Assembly: GCA_012518905.1 (NCBI GenBank) | Contig: JAAYRF010000047.1 | Location: forward strand, 1-38,942 | Reading direction: 5' to 3' | Origin: Bacillota bacterium | GTDB taxonomy: Bacteria > Bacillota > Limnochordia > DTU087 | Length of the DNA stretch: 38,942 bases | Shown: positions 28,267 to 38,942 of the stretch, one piece after another | How positions within the stretch are numbered: the stretch's first letter is position 1 | Layout of the letters: each line of letters begins with the position of its first letter | Translations under genes and position numbers: made by a program | Notes under the pieces: generated by a model | Databases searched by the model: none | What the model saw: only the letters and a program-made list of their open reading frames with translations | What the model was told of the DNA's origin: nothing

Positions 28267-29673
28267 CTACCTCCGTCTTTCTCCCTCACCTAATGAACCC
28301 AGCTCCGCTCCGATGATGGCTACAAGCTCCCCGACAATGCTGTTCACCATCTGTTCCTCGGGGCCCTCCGCCATAACTCTAATCAACGGCTCTGTGCCTG
28401 AAGCTCTAACCAAGATGCGTCCATTATCTCCTAGAATCTCGGTAGCCTGGCTAATAGCCGACTGAATCTTGCGGTTGCCTTCCCATCCGTGTTTGTCTTT
28501 GACGTGAACATTGCGCAGAACTTGAGGATATTTTTGCAGCTGAGCCGCTAAATCTGATAATGGCCGAGATTCGTCCTGCATGACTTCAAGGAGTTTCAGG
28601 GCTGACAAGACGCCATCACCCGTCGTATTGTGATCGAGGAAAATTATATGTCCCGACTGTTCACCTCCAAGATTAAGCCCCTGGACTCGCATGGCTTCCA
28701 GTACATATCTGTCTCCATTGGCTGTTACCACAACATCGCCCCCTGCAGCCCTGAGGGCAGCTCGTACCCCCAAGTTGCTATAGACCGTCACAGCCATGCG
28801 ATCCTTAGCCAGCTTTCCCCGGCGAAGCATATGCAGTCCACAGATAACTAAAATGTGGTCCCCGTCCACTAGATTGCCCTTTTCGTCCACTGCAATCATG
28901 CGATCAGCATCGCCATCATGGGCTATCCCTATGTCGGCGCCATACCGGGTAACAGCGGCAGCAAGAGCCTCTGGTTTGGTGGAACCACATCCATCATTAA
29001 TATTGAGGCCATCGGGGCTGTCGAAAAGGCTGATCACCGTAGCACCTAGTTCCCGCAAAATGCGAGGGGTCACTTGGCAAGCAGCTCCGTTTCCTGAATC
29101 GACAACCACCTTCAGCCCAGTCAGATCCTTCGGTCCAACGCCCTTAAGAAAACTAACGTACGCATCAATCCCATCGGTCCTAACCTCTACCCTGCCCACA
29201 TCCTTTCCTGTAGGCCGAGGTAGTCCATCTTCTTGAGACCAGAAGGATGTCTTTATACCCTGGGCAGTCTCCTTCATGAGGGACTCTATCTCATCTTCCA
29301 CGCTATCTATCAACTTAAAACCATCTCGGGCAAAAAACTTGATGCCGTTGTCCGCAACCGGATTATGGGAGGCAGAAATCATTACGCCGGCATCTACTTG
29401 CCACCTTCTGGCCAGATAGGCAACGCCGGGAGTCGGCAGAACACCAGCTTGCAGCACATTCGCCCCTACGGAGGTTATGCCTGCGGTAAGAGCAGCTTCC
29501 AGCATATGCCCGGAGATCCGCGTATCCCGCCCAACCAAGACCTGGGGGCGCCGGGCTTCACTGTCTCGCAGTAGTACATACGCACCATAACGGCCCAAAG
29601 CATAGGCTAGCTCCGGGGTGAGAGCTTTGTTGGCCACCCCCCGGACACCATCGGTTCCAAACAGCCTCGTCAA
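28267..29673 (-). CDS. glmM: Phosphoglucosamine mutase
   Basis: LFGTDGVRG, MISASHNP (catalytic Ser), DGDADR, GGEQSGH, RASGTEP; start probably TTG 29673 (ORF is open to 29682). Confidence 0.96.
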   Translation of the reverse strand: MTRLFGTDGVRGVANKALTPELAYALGRYGAYVLLRDSEARRPQVLVGRDTRISGHMLEAALTAGITSVGANVLQAGVLPTPGVAYLARRWQVDAGVMISASHNPVADNGIKFFARDGFKLIDSVEDEIESLMKETAQGIKTSFWSQEDGLPRPTGKDVGRVEVRTDGIDAYVSFLKGVGPKDLTGLKVVVDSGNGAACQVTPRILRELGATVISLFDSPDGLNINDGCGSTKPEALAAAVTRYGADIGIAHDGDADRMIAVDEKGNLVDGDHILVICGLHMLRRGKLAKDRMAVTVYSNLGVRAALRAAGGDVVVTANGDRYVLEAMRVQGLNLGGEQSGHIIFLDHNTTGDGVLSALKLLEVMQDESRPLSDLAAQLQKYPQVLRNVHVKDKHGWEGNRKIQSAISQATEILGDNGRILVRASGTEPLIRVMAEGPEEQMVNSIVGELVAIIGAELGSLGEGERRR

Positions 29674-29703
29674 AATCATCACCCACTGTAACTAATATAA
29701 AGA

Positions 29704-31137
29704 CTACCATGGACTTATTCTCGGTAACCGCCGCTTCTCCTTCGCTTTTCGCTCCTTGCCAGCCTCCAGCTCTGCCCCTAGTGCCAAAGCCAGCCGCTCC
29801 GCCGTATCCGGGCCAGCTCTTCCCAGGATGACTTCGTCAAGAGCAGGTATCAATATCTCGCCAACCATGCGCCTGCGAACCTCGTGCCATTCCGCTGCCA
29901 AGGGGGGCAATCCCATCGACCGTTCCAGAACCTCTATTAGATTTTCGCTTTGACTAGCAGAGAGCCCCATTTCTTGCTGCCATTCATGAAATACACTTCT
30001 ACAAGCAGGGATTCCGTGATTATTTTTGCTAAGCTCTCGCCCTAGCTTCAGGCTGAGACTTCGAGCAAACTCCATGGAAAGGCGGGAATGGGCCAAACCT
30101 TGGAAGCGTCGATGACGAAATACTGATACGCTTACCATTGTGCCTCCAAGGTAGCCGTTTTCGCCGGTGCTGCCGGGAGGTGGTATGAGGACAATATCTT
30201 GCGGAATACTTAAAGATCGATATCCCCGCAACCGGGCGTTCTCACCCATGCCCCATATCCAAGGCCCCACCGGACCTATTGCCACCTTCCTACCTGACAC
30301 GAAATCAGTGAGTAAGGTACCCTGAACCATAGATAAGAGTTTCTCATCTTGCCATTTTTGCCAATCAGTGAGGACAGATTCGATTATCTGTTTGGTTAGC
30401 AAGAGCTCTCCCTTAGGGCCCACAACCCCTCCGCTCAGGGTGACAAGAAGCTGAAGGAGGGTATCTGAGTTCCCCATGGCATGGGCCATATAAGGCTGGC
30501 GGATTGGTTTAGCCTTATCTAGTCTATCCTTGAGCTCCTGCCAACCATACCCTTTCCAGGTAGCGGCATCGCCTAGTTGGTCGATAAGTACAGCCAAATC
30601 CAAGCCCAACCCCGCGAGCATCTTCTTGTTGGCAGCCCAGATCTGGGGCCGTATCTGGCACGGCCAAGCCATGTGATTCTCACCCACCGTTACATGGGCC
30701 AAAGCAGCGGGAAAGTAATTTGAACGTTCCTGCTCCGGCAAGAAGCGATCTATTGGCAGCTGCAGATCTGACCAAACTCGAAACCACTCAGCATTCTCTA
30801 CCAAGACATGGGGAGGTCGCCCCGCGGCTAGGGCCTTTTCCATTGCTTCATCCAAACTAGATGCTGGTACTACCTCAAAGGATATCTCTATATTGGGATA
30901 GAGACTATGAAAAGCTGTTGTCACATCTGACCAAAACTCAGACTCCAAAGGCGGGGGCTGGCACAGACCACCATCATTCTCCACCCAGATTTCCAGGGAA
31001 TATGTGGTTTGGCCATCGATTTTGGCATAGGGATCTAAAGTCAACTGAGGGTGCTGAACCCTCCACCACCAACCACCTATAGCGGCAAGAACGATGATTA
31101 CCCCAGCCAGAAGGAGTGCAAGCCTGCGGTTTTTCAC
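29704..31137 (-). CDS. Membrane-anchored extracellular solute-binding-like protein (sugar SBP fold, divergent)
   Basis: N-terminal TM helix; FHSLYPNIEISFEVVP, AAGRPP and F.SG..AI..GPW segments resemble family-1 SBPs; GTG overlaps the upstream stop. Confidence 0.6.
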   Translation of the reverse strand: MKNRRLALLLAGVIIVLAAIGGWWWRVQHPQLTLDPYAKIDGQTTYSLEIWVENDGGLCQPPPLESEFWSDVTTAFHSLYPNIEISFEVVPASSLDEAMEKALAAGRPPHVLVENAEWFRVWSDLQLPIDRFLPEQERSNYFPAALAHVTVGENHMAWPCQIRPQIWAANKKMLAGLGLDLAVLIDQLGDAATWKGYGWQELKDRLDKAKPIRQPYMAHAMGNSDTLLQLLVTLSGGVVGPKGELLLTKQIIESVLTDWQKWQDEKLLSMVQGTLLTDFVSGRKVAIGPVGPWIWGMGENARLRGYRSLSIPQDIVLIPPPGSTGENGYLGGTMVSVSVFRHRRFQGLAHSRLSMEFARSLSLKLGRELSKNNHGIPACRSVFHEWQQEMGLSASQSENLIEVLERSMGLPPLAAEWHEVRRRMVGEILIPALDEVILGRAGPDTAERLALALGAELEAGKERKAKEKRRLPRISPW

Positions 31138-32198
31138 TGTCTCACCCCCAAGAGTAGATACACATCGGGCCAGCCTATGCCATCGGCCATGAGACCATAT
31201 GCCTTTTGGAGCTGTTTTACAGCCTCTGCCGTCTGCTCTCCGTATCTGCCATCGGCAAGTCCACAGTCACAACCCTGCTCCCTTAAGGCAAACTGTAGAG
31301 CAACCACATCTTGACCACTGCTACCTTGCTCCAACTGCCTAGCAACCCCGCCAGGGGAGCGACCCACCATGCGGACTATAGTACCTTCAGGTATAATTCG
31401 AAACACCTGCTCCACATGGCGATTAAACATGCGTATACATCCGCCGCTGGCCATGGTGCCTATAGACCAGGGTTTATTAGTACCATGGATCCCGTAGATG
31501 CCCCAGGGCACGTTCAGACCTAGCCAGCGGCTACCAAACCCTCCGCCCCAATTCATACTCTTGTGGGCGATGCGAAACTCACCGATGGGACTTGGCGTCT
31601 TGGCCATACCCACTGCTACGGGGAACTTCTGGTATTCCTTACCTTCTATGTGGATTGTCAGCAGACGCCGGCTTACATCGATGACTATCTCCCGCTCACC
31701 GTCGGGTACCGGCTGGGCACCTTCGATAACAGGCACAGGAAAATCATTGGCTAGCGCCTGCCACGTCATGGGGCCCACTACCCCGTCGTGGCTAAGTCCC
31801 TTCTGGCGTTGCAAGCCTTGCACTGCTGCCATTGTCAAACGGTCAAATCGACCTGAAATAGCTCCTCCGTATAGATTCAGGCACTTAAGACCCCTTTGTA
31901 GTTCGGCAACATCCTCACCTTCCATCAAAGGGTCTGCGAGATACAGAAGTCGGTCTGATTCGCATTGAGCATGCTCGAGTCGGCCCATTTTGGATTCATC
32001 CTCCGCGGCCATTAGTCCAGAGCCAGCCGGTGGAACATAAATATCCATCAAAGAGTCGATTCCAGCACTAGCAGTCCAAACACACCACCAAAATACCGCC
32101 AACAAAAACAGCGTGCAAATGGTGGCCCCTACTAACGGCAGAGACTGTCTCCAACGCGGCCTCTTATCTTTTAACATTGTCCAATCCCTTCCCGTCAT
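31134..32198 (-). CDS. YkuD L,D-transpeptidase with two peptidoglycan-binding domains
   Basis: GEDVAELQ..L..G, DGVVGPMTW; FPVAVG..TPSP.G, YGIHGTN..SGGCIRM (catalytic His/Cys); GSSGQDVVALQ..ADG; alternative start 32177. Confidence 0.9.
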   Translation of the reverse strand: MTGRDWTMLKDKRPRWRQSLPLVGATICTLFLLAVFWWCVWTASAGIDSLMDIYVPPAGSGLMAAEDESKMGRLEHAQCESDRLLYLADPLMEGEDVAELQRGLKCLNLYGGAISGRFDRLTMAAVQGLQRQKGLSHDGVVGPMTWQALANDFPVPVIEGAQPVPDGEREIVIDVSRRLLTIHIEGKEYQKFPVAVGMAKTPSPIGEFRIAHKSMNWGGGFGSRWLGLNVPWGIYGIHGTNKPWSIGTMASGGCIRMFNRHVEQVFRIIPEGTIVRMVGRSPGGVARQLEQGSSGQDVVALQFALREQGCDCGLADGRYGEQTAEAVKQLQKAYGLMADGIGWPDVYLLLGVRQ

Positions 32199-32230
32199 CT
32201 ATTCATCCCCGCCAAGGTTGGGAGGTCTAC

Positions 32231-32259
32231 CACGATGTAATCCCTATCACGATGTAATC
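32231..32259. repeat. 12-bp perfect direct repeat, 17-bp period
   Basis: CACGATGTAATC at 32231-32242 and 32248-32259. Confidence 0.85.
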
Positions 32260-32326
32260 TTTATTCAAAGAAACCGCTGAGCAGAACCAGTCTCTAGGCA
32301 TAGGCTGCCATGATCAGGCAATAAGC

Positions 32327-32364
32327 AAAAAAGCAGGCGACACTCAAGGAAAGCGCCACCCGCT
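32327..32364 (-). terminator. Intrinsic terminator of the leu-cimA operon
   Basis: GCGGGTGGCGC..GTGTCGCCTGC stem (with G-U pairs) followed by TTTTTT. Confidence 0.8.
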
Positions 32365-32388
32365 GTCTTCTGTTCGGAAACCATTATC

Positions 32389-33969
32389 CTATAGCTTTTC
32401 CACGCCAGTTCGCAAAAGCCCGTACTCTATGCTATCTACTAAAGCTCGCCAACTAGCCTCAATCAAGTTGGTAGATACACCTACTGTTCCCCACGTCTGC
32501 ACCCCATCGGTGGATTCGATAAGCACTCGCACCTTAGCACTGGTGCCGCGCCGTTCATTTAAAACCCGCACCTTATAGTCAGCGAGCCGGATATCCTTCA
32601 GACGCGGGTAGGCTTCTTCCAGTGCTTTGCGAAGGGCATTATCCAAAGCATTGACGGGCCCGTTGCCTTCTGCCACCTGATGGGATGTCCGCCCGCCGAT
32701 CTTTACCTTGACAGTGGCTTCGGCCAGAGGCTCTTCATCCCGATCTTGCTTTTCAATAATGACCCTGAGTCCCTCCAGGTGGAAAAAGGGGGTGTATAGA
32801 CCAAGGGATTTCCTTAACATGATCTCAAACGAAGCTTCAGCTCCTTCAAAATGGTACCCCTGATACTCCAGGTCTTTGATCACATCTACCACACTGCGCA
32901 ATGCCGAAGAGTCCTCTTCTAAGGCAATATTATACTCTTGCGCCTTGTAAGCTATGTTGCTGGCACCGGATAGTTCAGAGATCAGGACCCTGCGTCGATT
33001 ACCCACTGACTCCGGCGGTATATGCTCATACGTTTCAGGGTGACGCATCAAAGCACTTACGTGCAGACCTCCCTTATGAGAGAAAACGCTTCTGCCTACA
33101 AAGGGCTGCCTATCATTGGGAATCTGGTTGGCCACTTCCGAAACAAACTTTGATAGGCGGGTAAGCTGCCTTAGGCTCTCTGGGGTGAGGCATTCTCGAC
33201 TAGCCTTGAGCTGCAGGTTCGGAATCACGCTGCACAAGTCGGCATTGCCACACCGCTCGCCATATCCGTTGATGGTTCCTTGGATGTGCTGAGCTCCCGC
33301 ATTCACCGCAACTAAGGTGTTGGCGACTGCCAAACTTGAGTCATTGTGGACGTGTATTCCCACCTGGACGTTTACAGCATCGACAGCTGCTCGGGTCGCA
33401 ACATCTACCTCCCAAGGCAAGGTGCCACCGTTGGTATCGCAAAGGACCACCACCGCCGCTCCGGCCTTTGCGGCACACTGCAATACTTCTAGGGCATAGA
33501 CAGGATTCTTCTTATAGCCATCAAAGAAATGCTCAGCATCAAATATCACTTCCAGGCCCTGGGCACAAAGGAAGGCAATACTATCTCTTACCATGGCCAA
33601 GTTTTCTTCCAGTGTAGTCTGGAGGGCGTTAGTAACATGGAAATCCCAGGCCTTACCAACAATAGCCGCTACGCTGACCTCTGCTGCTAATATGGCCTGG
33701 AGGTTTCTATCCTGGGAAGCTGCGACACCAACCCGACGGGTGCTACCAAAGGCGGAGAGCTTGGCATGCTGCCACTTCATCTCCTTGGCTCTCTGAAAGA
33801 ACTCGTTGTCCTTGGGATTGGAGCCGGGCCACCCTCCTTCAATGTAATCGAACCCTAACTGATCTAGCCTTTGAGCGATCTTGAGCTTGTCTTCCACGGA
33901 AAAAGAGATTCCCTCTCCCTGGGCTCCGTCCCGCAAGGTTGTATCATAGAGAATGATTTTGCCGGTCAT
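32389..33969 (-). CDS. cimA: Citramalate synthase
   Basis: [53 protein letters not shown]. Confidence 0.93.
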   Translation of the reverse strand: MTGKIILYDTTLRDGAQGEGISFSVEDKLKIAQRLDQLGFDYIEGGWPGSNPKDNEFFQRAKEMKWQHAKLSAFGSTRRVGVAASQDRNLQAILAAEVSVAAIVGKAWDFHVTNALQTTLEENLAMVRDSIAFLCAQGLEVIFDAEHFFDGYKKNPVYALEVLQCAAKAGAAVVVLCDTNGGTLPWEVDVATRAAVDAVNVQVGIHVHNDSSLAVANTLVAVNAGAQHIQGTINGYGERCGNADLCSVIPNLQLKASRECLTPESLRQLTRLSKFVSEVANQIPNDRQPFVGRSVFSHKGGLHVSALMRHPETYEHIPPESVGNRRRVLISELSGASNIAYKAQEYNIALEEDSSALRSVVDVIKDLEYQGYHFEGAEASFEIMLRKSLGLYTPFFHLEGLRVIIEKQDRDEEPLAEATVKVKIGGRTSHQVAEGNGPVNALDNALRKALEEAYPRLKDIRLADYKVRVLNERRGTSAKVRVLIESTDGVQTWGTVGVSTNLIEASWRALVDSIEYGLLRTGVEKL

Positions 33970-35050
33970 ACACGCCTCCTCCTAAAATAGCTGCTACCAC
34001 TAAGTTGCCCATGGTCTTTGTATCAACCAATCGATCTTCGGGCTGCCAAATATCCCTGGTGCGAAAGCCCTGGGCTAATACTGACTCTACCGACCTCTCG
34101 ACTAGTGCCGCCCCTTCCGGATTGTCCAAAGAGTACGCCAGTAGCATAGCGGCGGAAAGTATGGCTGCCAAGGGATTAGCAACACCCTGTCCGGCAATAT
34201 CCGGTGCAGAGCCGTGGACGGGCTCATATAGGCCTACTTCTCCTCCAAGACTGGCCGATGCCAGCATTCCCAGGGAACCCGTTAACATCGCAACTTCATC
34301 ACTGAGAATGTCACCAAACATATTTGTAGTCAAAATCACATCAAATTGCTGCGGGTTTCGAAGTAGCTGCATAGCGCAGTTATCTACAAAGAGGTGGCTT
34401 AGCTCAACATCGGGGAATTCTTCTCCCACCTTAGTCACCGTCTCCCGCCATAAGCGGGAAGATTCCAGAATGTTGGCCTTATCCACCGACGTGACCATGC
34501 CCCGCCTGCCCCTGGCAGCTTTAAATGCCACCCTCGCAATTCGCTCAATCTCAATGGTTGTATACTCTAGGGTGTCAACGGCCCGCATGCCGCCATTGGG
34601 CAAGACCTCTCTAAAGCGGGGGCGACCAAAATAGAGTCCACCGGTGAGCTCCCTCACCACCAGAATGTCAATACCGGCCACCACTTCCGGCTTCAAGGTG
34701 GAGGCTGCCTCCAAGGGCCCGAAGATTCGAGCTGGCCGCAAATTAGCATAAAGCCCCAACCCCTTGCGAATTCCCAAAAGTCCGGCCTCCGGACGCTCAT
34801 CACCGGGAAGGGCATCCCACTTCGGCCCCCCCACTGCACCCAACAAGACTCCAGCCGCCGATCGGCAAACCGCCAAAGTGGCTTCTGGTAAAGGCGTCCC
34901 GTGCCTATCTATAGCTATGCCGCCCATATCAGCCGTCTCCCAAGTAAAAGACAAGTCTTGCACTTGGGCTACAGCTTCTAGTACCTTAACGGCCTCTGCC
35001 ACAATCTCGGGCCCAATGCCATCACCGGGAAGCAAGGCTATTTTAGCCAT
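33944..35050 (-). CDS. leuB: 3-isopropylmalate dehydrogenase
   Basis: [47 protein letters not shown]. Confidence 0.98.
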   Translation of the reverse strand: MAKIALLPGDGIGPEIVAEAVKVLEAVAQVQDLSFTWETADMGGIAIDRHGTPLPEATLAVCRSAAGVLLGAVGGPKWDALPGDERPEAGLLGIRKGLGLYANLRPARIFGPLEAASTLKPEVVAGIDILVVRELTGGLYFGRPRFREVLPNGGMRAVDTLEYTTIEIERIARVAFKAARGRRGMVTSVDKANILESSRLWRETVTKVGEEFPDVELSHLFVDNCAMQLLRNPQQFDVILTTNMFGDILSDEVAMLTGSLGMLASASLGGEVGLYEPVHGSAPDIAGQGVANPLAAILSAAMLLAYSLDNPEGAALVERSVESVLAQGFRTRDIWQPEDRLVDTKTMGNLVVAAILGGGVYDRQNHSL

Positions 35051-35555
35051 GTCTGCTTCCCTCCTCTAGGCCCTCTTTGACAAAATCAATGAGTCCACCA
35101 GCCCCGATAATCGCCTGCATGAATTCGGGAAACGCCACGGCGTTGTATGTTCTTTGTAAAGTCACATTACTGACCAATCCCCGGGCCAAATCCACAGCCA
35201 CCTCATGGCCTTCTTTAGCTTCCCGGACGGCTTCCGGACACTCCAAGATAGGAAGACCGATATTGATGGCATTGCGATAGAAAATCCTGGCAAAGGATTC
35301 TGCGATAACACACGCCACTTTAGCAGCCTTGATGGCAATAGGAGCATGTTCCCGAGAACTGCCGCACCCAAAGTTGCTTCCCGCCACTATGATATCTCCC
35401 TCACCCACTTTCTCGGCAAAAGTAGGATCGGCATCCTCCATACAGTGCAGCGCCAGTTCCCTAGGAACCGAAGTATTTAGATGTCGAGCCGGTATGATGG
35501 CATCAGTATCAATATCATCACCGAAGACCCAGATTTTCCCTTTAAGCTGCCTCAT
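35043..35555 (-). CDS. leuD: 3-isopropylmalate dehydratase small subunit
   Basis: [32 protein letters not shown]; ATG 35555 overlaps the leuC stop. Confidence 0.96.
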   Translation of the reverse strand: MRQLKGKIWVFGDDIDTDAIIPARHLNTSVPRELALHCMEDADPTFAEKVGEGDIIVAGSNFGCGSSREHAPIAIKAAKVACVIAESFARIFYRNAINIGLPILECPEAVREAKEGHEVAVDLARGLVSNVTLQRTYNAVAFPEFMQAIIGAGGLIDFVKEGLEEGSRHG

Positions 35556-36832
35556 CCCAAGCACCCCTTTCCCATTATTGCCTCCGGGCTGGTAATCCGG
35601 CCAGCAATGGCGGAAGCTGCGGCCACCGCCGGGCTGCTTAAGTAGACTTCGCTTTCCGGATGTCCCATACGTCCCACGAAGTTTCGATTAGTGGTTGCCA
35701 AGGCTCGCTCACCTTTAGCCAAGACTCCCATGTGACCTCCAAGACAAGGACCGCAAGTGGGGGTACTCACCGCTGCTCCCGCAGCGACAAAGATATCCAA
35801 GAGCCCTTCCCGCAAGGCTTCCCGGTAAATTGCCTGGGTGCCGGGGAAAATGATCAACCGCACATGTGAAGCCACCTGTCTGCCAGCCAAGATGCTAGCT
35901 GCCACCCGCAGATCTTCCATGCGTCCATTGGTGCAAGAGCCGATCACCACCTGATCGATGGTCACATCAGCTACATCACTGATACCCCGAGTGTTTTCTG
36001 GTAGATGAGGAAAAGCCACTTGCGGTTCGATTTCGCTGACATTGATTTCTATAATGTCGGCATAGTCCGCATCGGCACAACTGGTGTAGAACTTGTAAGA
36101 ACGCCGAGCCCGAGCTTTAACGTACTCGTCAGTGATGGCATCGGGGATGAAGACCCCGTTCTTGGCCCCTGCTTCAATGGCCATATTGGCCATGGTAAAG
36201 CGGCTATCTTGAGAAAGCCCTGCGACGGTTTCGCCGGCAAACTCCATGGCCATATAGCGGGCGCCGTCTACTCCAATCCGGCCAATGGTATGCAAGATCA
36301 AGTCTTTCCCACTGACCCAAGGCCTGGGCTTGCCGTAATAAATGAGTCGCAGGGTGGCAGGCACCCTAAACCAAGCTTCACCGGTAGCCATGGCCGCAGC
36401 CATGTCCGTACTGCCCACACCGGTAGCAAAGGCACCCAGGGCCCCATAGGTGCACGTATGGGAATCTGCCCCAATCACCACATCACCCGGCAGAACTAGA
36501 CCCAGTTCAGGGAGAAGGCAATGCTCAATACCCATTCGCCCAATCTCAAAGTAGTTGGTGATACCGTGGCGTTGGGCAAATTCCCGCATGATCTTTACCT
36601 GCTCCGCCGACTTAATGTCCTTATTCGGAGTGAAATGATCTGGTACCAGCGCTATCTTATCGGGGTCAAATACGGTCTTTACCCCAATGCGCTCAAACTC
36701 CTGAATGGCCAAGGGAGCAGTCACATCATTGCCCAAGATCATGTCTACCGGAATGCTGATCAATTCACCGGCTCGCACCTCGTCTTTCCCAGCATGGGCT
36801 GCTAGGATCTTCTCTGTAATGGTCATGCCCAT
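35552..36832 (-). CDS. leuC: 3-isopropylmalate dehydratase large subunit
   Basis: [34 protein letters not shown]. Confidence 0.97.
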   Translation of the reverse strand: MGMTITEKILAAHAGKDEVRAGELISIPVDMILGNDVTAPLAIQEFERIGVKTVFDPDKIALVPDHFTPNKDIKSAEQVKIMREFAQRHGITNYFEIGRMGIEHCLLPELGLVLPGDVVIGADSHTCTYGALGAFATGVGSTDMAAAMATGEAWFRVPATLRLIYYGKPRPWVSGKDLILHTIGRIGVDGARYMAMEFAGETVAGLSQDSRFTMANMAIEAGAKNGVFIPDAITDEYVKARARRSYKFYTSCADADYADIIEINVSEIEPQVAFPHLPENTRGISDVADVTIDQVVIGSCTNGRMEDLRVAASILAGRQVASHVRLIIFPGTQAIYREALREGLLDIFVAAGAAVSTPTCGPCLGGHMGVLAKGERALATTNRNFVGRMGHPESEVYLSSPAVAAASAIAGRITSPEAIMGKGCLG

Positions 36833-36835
36833 ACT

Positions 36836-38383
36836 CTAAACCTCCCCTTCTATTGCCACAGGGCTCTTTGGGCTCTCACCTTGTTCATAGACTAACTTGT
36901 TAAGAGCATGGACATAGGCCTTGGCGCTAGCTTCAATCACATCAGTGCTCATCCCCCGGCCAACATAGTCAGAACCGTTACTGGTAATGCGCACGGTAAC
37001 TTCGCCCAAGGCGTCCTTGCCGCCGGTGACGGCCCTTAATGCATAACTTTGCAGTTGCACCATGATACCGCTAGCCCGATCTATCGCCCTATAGACAGCA
37101 TCGATGGGTCCGGCTCCGCAAGCCGCTTCCTCGACTACAACTTCACCCCGCAGCAAACGCACCGTAGCTGTAGGCACCGTGGAATTGCCACTGGAAACAT
37201 GGATGTAGTCCAAAACGAAGCTTTCCGGGACAGCTATCAGGTCTTCCTTTAGCAGAGCCTCCAAATCACGGTCAGAGATCTCCTTTTTCTTATCGGCCAG
37301 ACTAATGAACCTCTCAAATGCCTTCTCCAACTCGATCTCCGTGAGATGATAGCCCATCTCCTTGAGCTTCTCCCGAAAGGCATGCCGGCCAGAGTGCTTC
37401 CCCAGCACTAACCGGCTCTGATGTAATCCAATGGACTGGGGTGTCATGATCTCATAGGTAGAAGGAGCCTTGAGAAATCCATCTTGGTGAATACCCGATT
37501 CATGAGCGAAGGCATTGGCACCGACAATAGCCTTATTGGGCTGTACCGATATACCGGTCAGAACGCTGACCAAGTGACTGGTCCTGTAGATATGCTCTGT
37601 CACGATTTTGGTCTCTAGGCCATAGGTATCTTGTCGAGTAGCCAAGGCCATCACGATCTCTTCTAAGGAAGCATTGCCGGCCCTTTCCCCCAGGCCATTT
37701 ATGGTGCACTCCACTTGTGTAGCGCCGGCTTGTAAAGCGGCTAAGGAGTTGGCTACGGCTAAACCTAGATCATTATGGCAGTGAACACTTAGCTGACACC
37801 TATGGATCTCAGGAACACTATCTTTCAAGTACTGAATAAGCCTTCGGTATTCCTCCGGAGTCGTATACCCTACTGTATCAGGGACATTGATGCGAGTGGC
37901 ACCGGCTTCAATCACCGCGGCAAGGATCTCGGCCAAGAAGACCCAATCACTGCGGGTAGCATCTTCAGCTGAAAACTCTACATCGTCAGCGAACCCGCGG
38001 GCATGAGCCACAGCCTCAATCGCCATTTGCATAACCTGATTTGGTCTTTTGCGAAGCTTATACTCCATGTGAATAGGCGACGTAGCAATAAAGGTATGGA
38101 TCAATGGCTGCTTGGCTTGCTTAAGGGCAGCAGCCGCGGCCTTTATGTCCTTGGCGGTTGCCCGAGCCAAAGCAGCAATAGCGGGTCCCTCAATCTCAGC
38201 GGCGATAGCTGCGGTAGCCTCAAAATCTCCCGGCGATGCCACGGGAAATCCAGCTTCTATCACGTCAACTTGCAGCTTGGCTAACTGTCGTGCGATCTCT
38301 AACTTTTCCTCCACACTAAGGCTAATGCCCGGCGTTTGTTCGCCATCTCGCAACGTTGTATCGAAGATATAAACCCGTGACAT
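36836..38383 (-). CDS. leuA: 2-isopropylmalate synthase
   Basis: [39 protein letters not shown]; C-terminal regulatory domain. Confidence 0.97.
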   Translation of the reverse strand: MSRVYIFDTTLRDGEQTPGISLSVEEKLEIARQLAKLQVDVIEAGFPVASPGDFEATAAIAAEIEGPAIAALARATAKDIKAAAAALKQAKQPLIHTFIATSPIHMEYKLRKRPNQVMQMAIEAVAHARGFADDVEFSAEDATRSDWVFLAEILAAVIEAGATRINVPDTVGYTTPEEYRRLIQYLKDSVPEIHRCQLSVHCHNDLGLAVANSLAALQAGATQVECTINGLGERAGNASLEEIVMALATRQDTYGLETKIVTEHIYRTSHLVSVLTGISVQPNKAIVGANAFAHESGIHQDGFLKAPSTYEIMTPQSIGLHQSRLVLGKHSGRHAFREKLKEMGYHLTEIELEKAFERFISLADKKKEISDRDLEALLKEDLIAVPESFVLDYIHVSSGNSTVPTATVRLLRGEVVVEEAACGAGPIDAVYRAIDRASGIMVQLQSYALRAVTGGKDALGEVTVRITSNGSDYVGRGMSTDVIEASAKAYVHALNKLVYEQGESPKSPVAIEGEV

Positions 38384-38441
38384 ACTAACCCCCCTAAAAA
38401 GAGCTGCTTACCTAGATGGTGCTGGAGCCTGGTCTTGTTTC

Positions 38442-38942
<501 letters not shown>

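Noticed and set aside
28255-28270. Possible glmS ribozyme after glmM
   Set aside because: Only 4 bp separate glmM and acpS, so there is no room

Overview
A core-genome stretch of a Bacillota (Firmicutes) chromosome, probably a spore former given its promoter motifs. Most genes lie on the - strand. Read in that direction: ilvC (partial)-leuA-leuC-leuD-leuB-cimA; an L,D-transpeptidase and an orphan solute-binding protein running into glmM-acpS-nnr-alr; a membrane-anchored glucodextranase-type DOMON protein; an APH-fold kinase; a GT4 glycosyltransferase and an NDP-sugar pyrophosphorylase fused to a degenerate phosphomutase, converging on a + strand DUF4912-GH57 pair; nagA-nagB converging on a + strand PHP-rapZ(yvcJ)-yvcK block; whiA; cggR-gap-pgk-tpiA-gpmI-eno; secG; secD-secF. 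I see no RNA genes, mobile elements or CRISPR arrays. Most interesting: (1) a candidate non-canonical, sporulation-linked alpha-glucan module (16.4-25.0 kb); (2) two neighbouring regulator genes (whiA, cggR) whose Shine-Dalgarno (SD) sites are separated from the start codon by hairpins of the same geometry; (3) a repeated AGGAA-N13-TGGCGAA SigH-like motif upstream of nagA, rapZ and whiA, with a variant at cggR; (4) the reversed PHP-rapZ-yvcK block that puts yvcK tail-to-tail with nagB. All calls come from visual motif recognition; no database searches were run.
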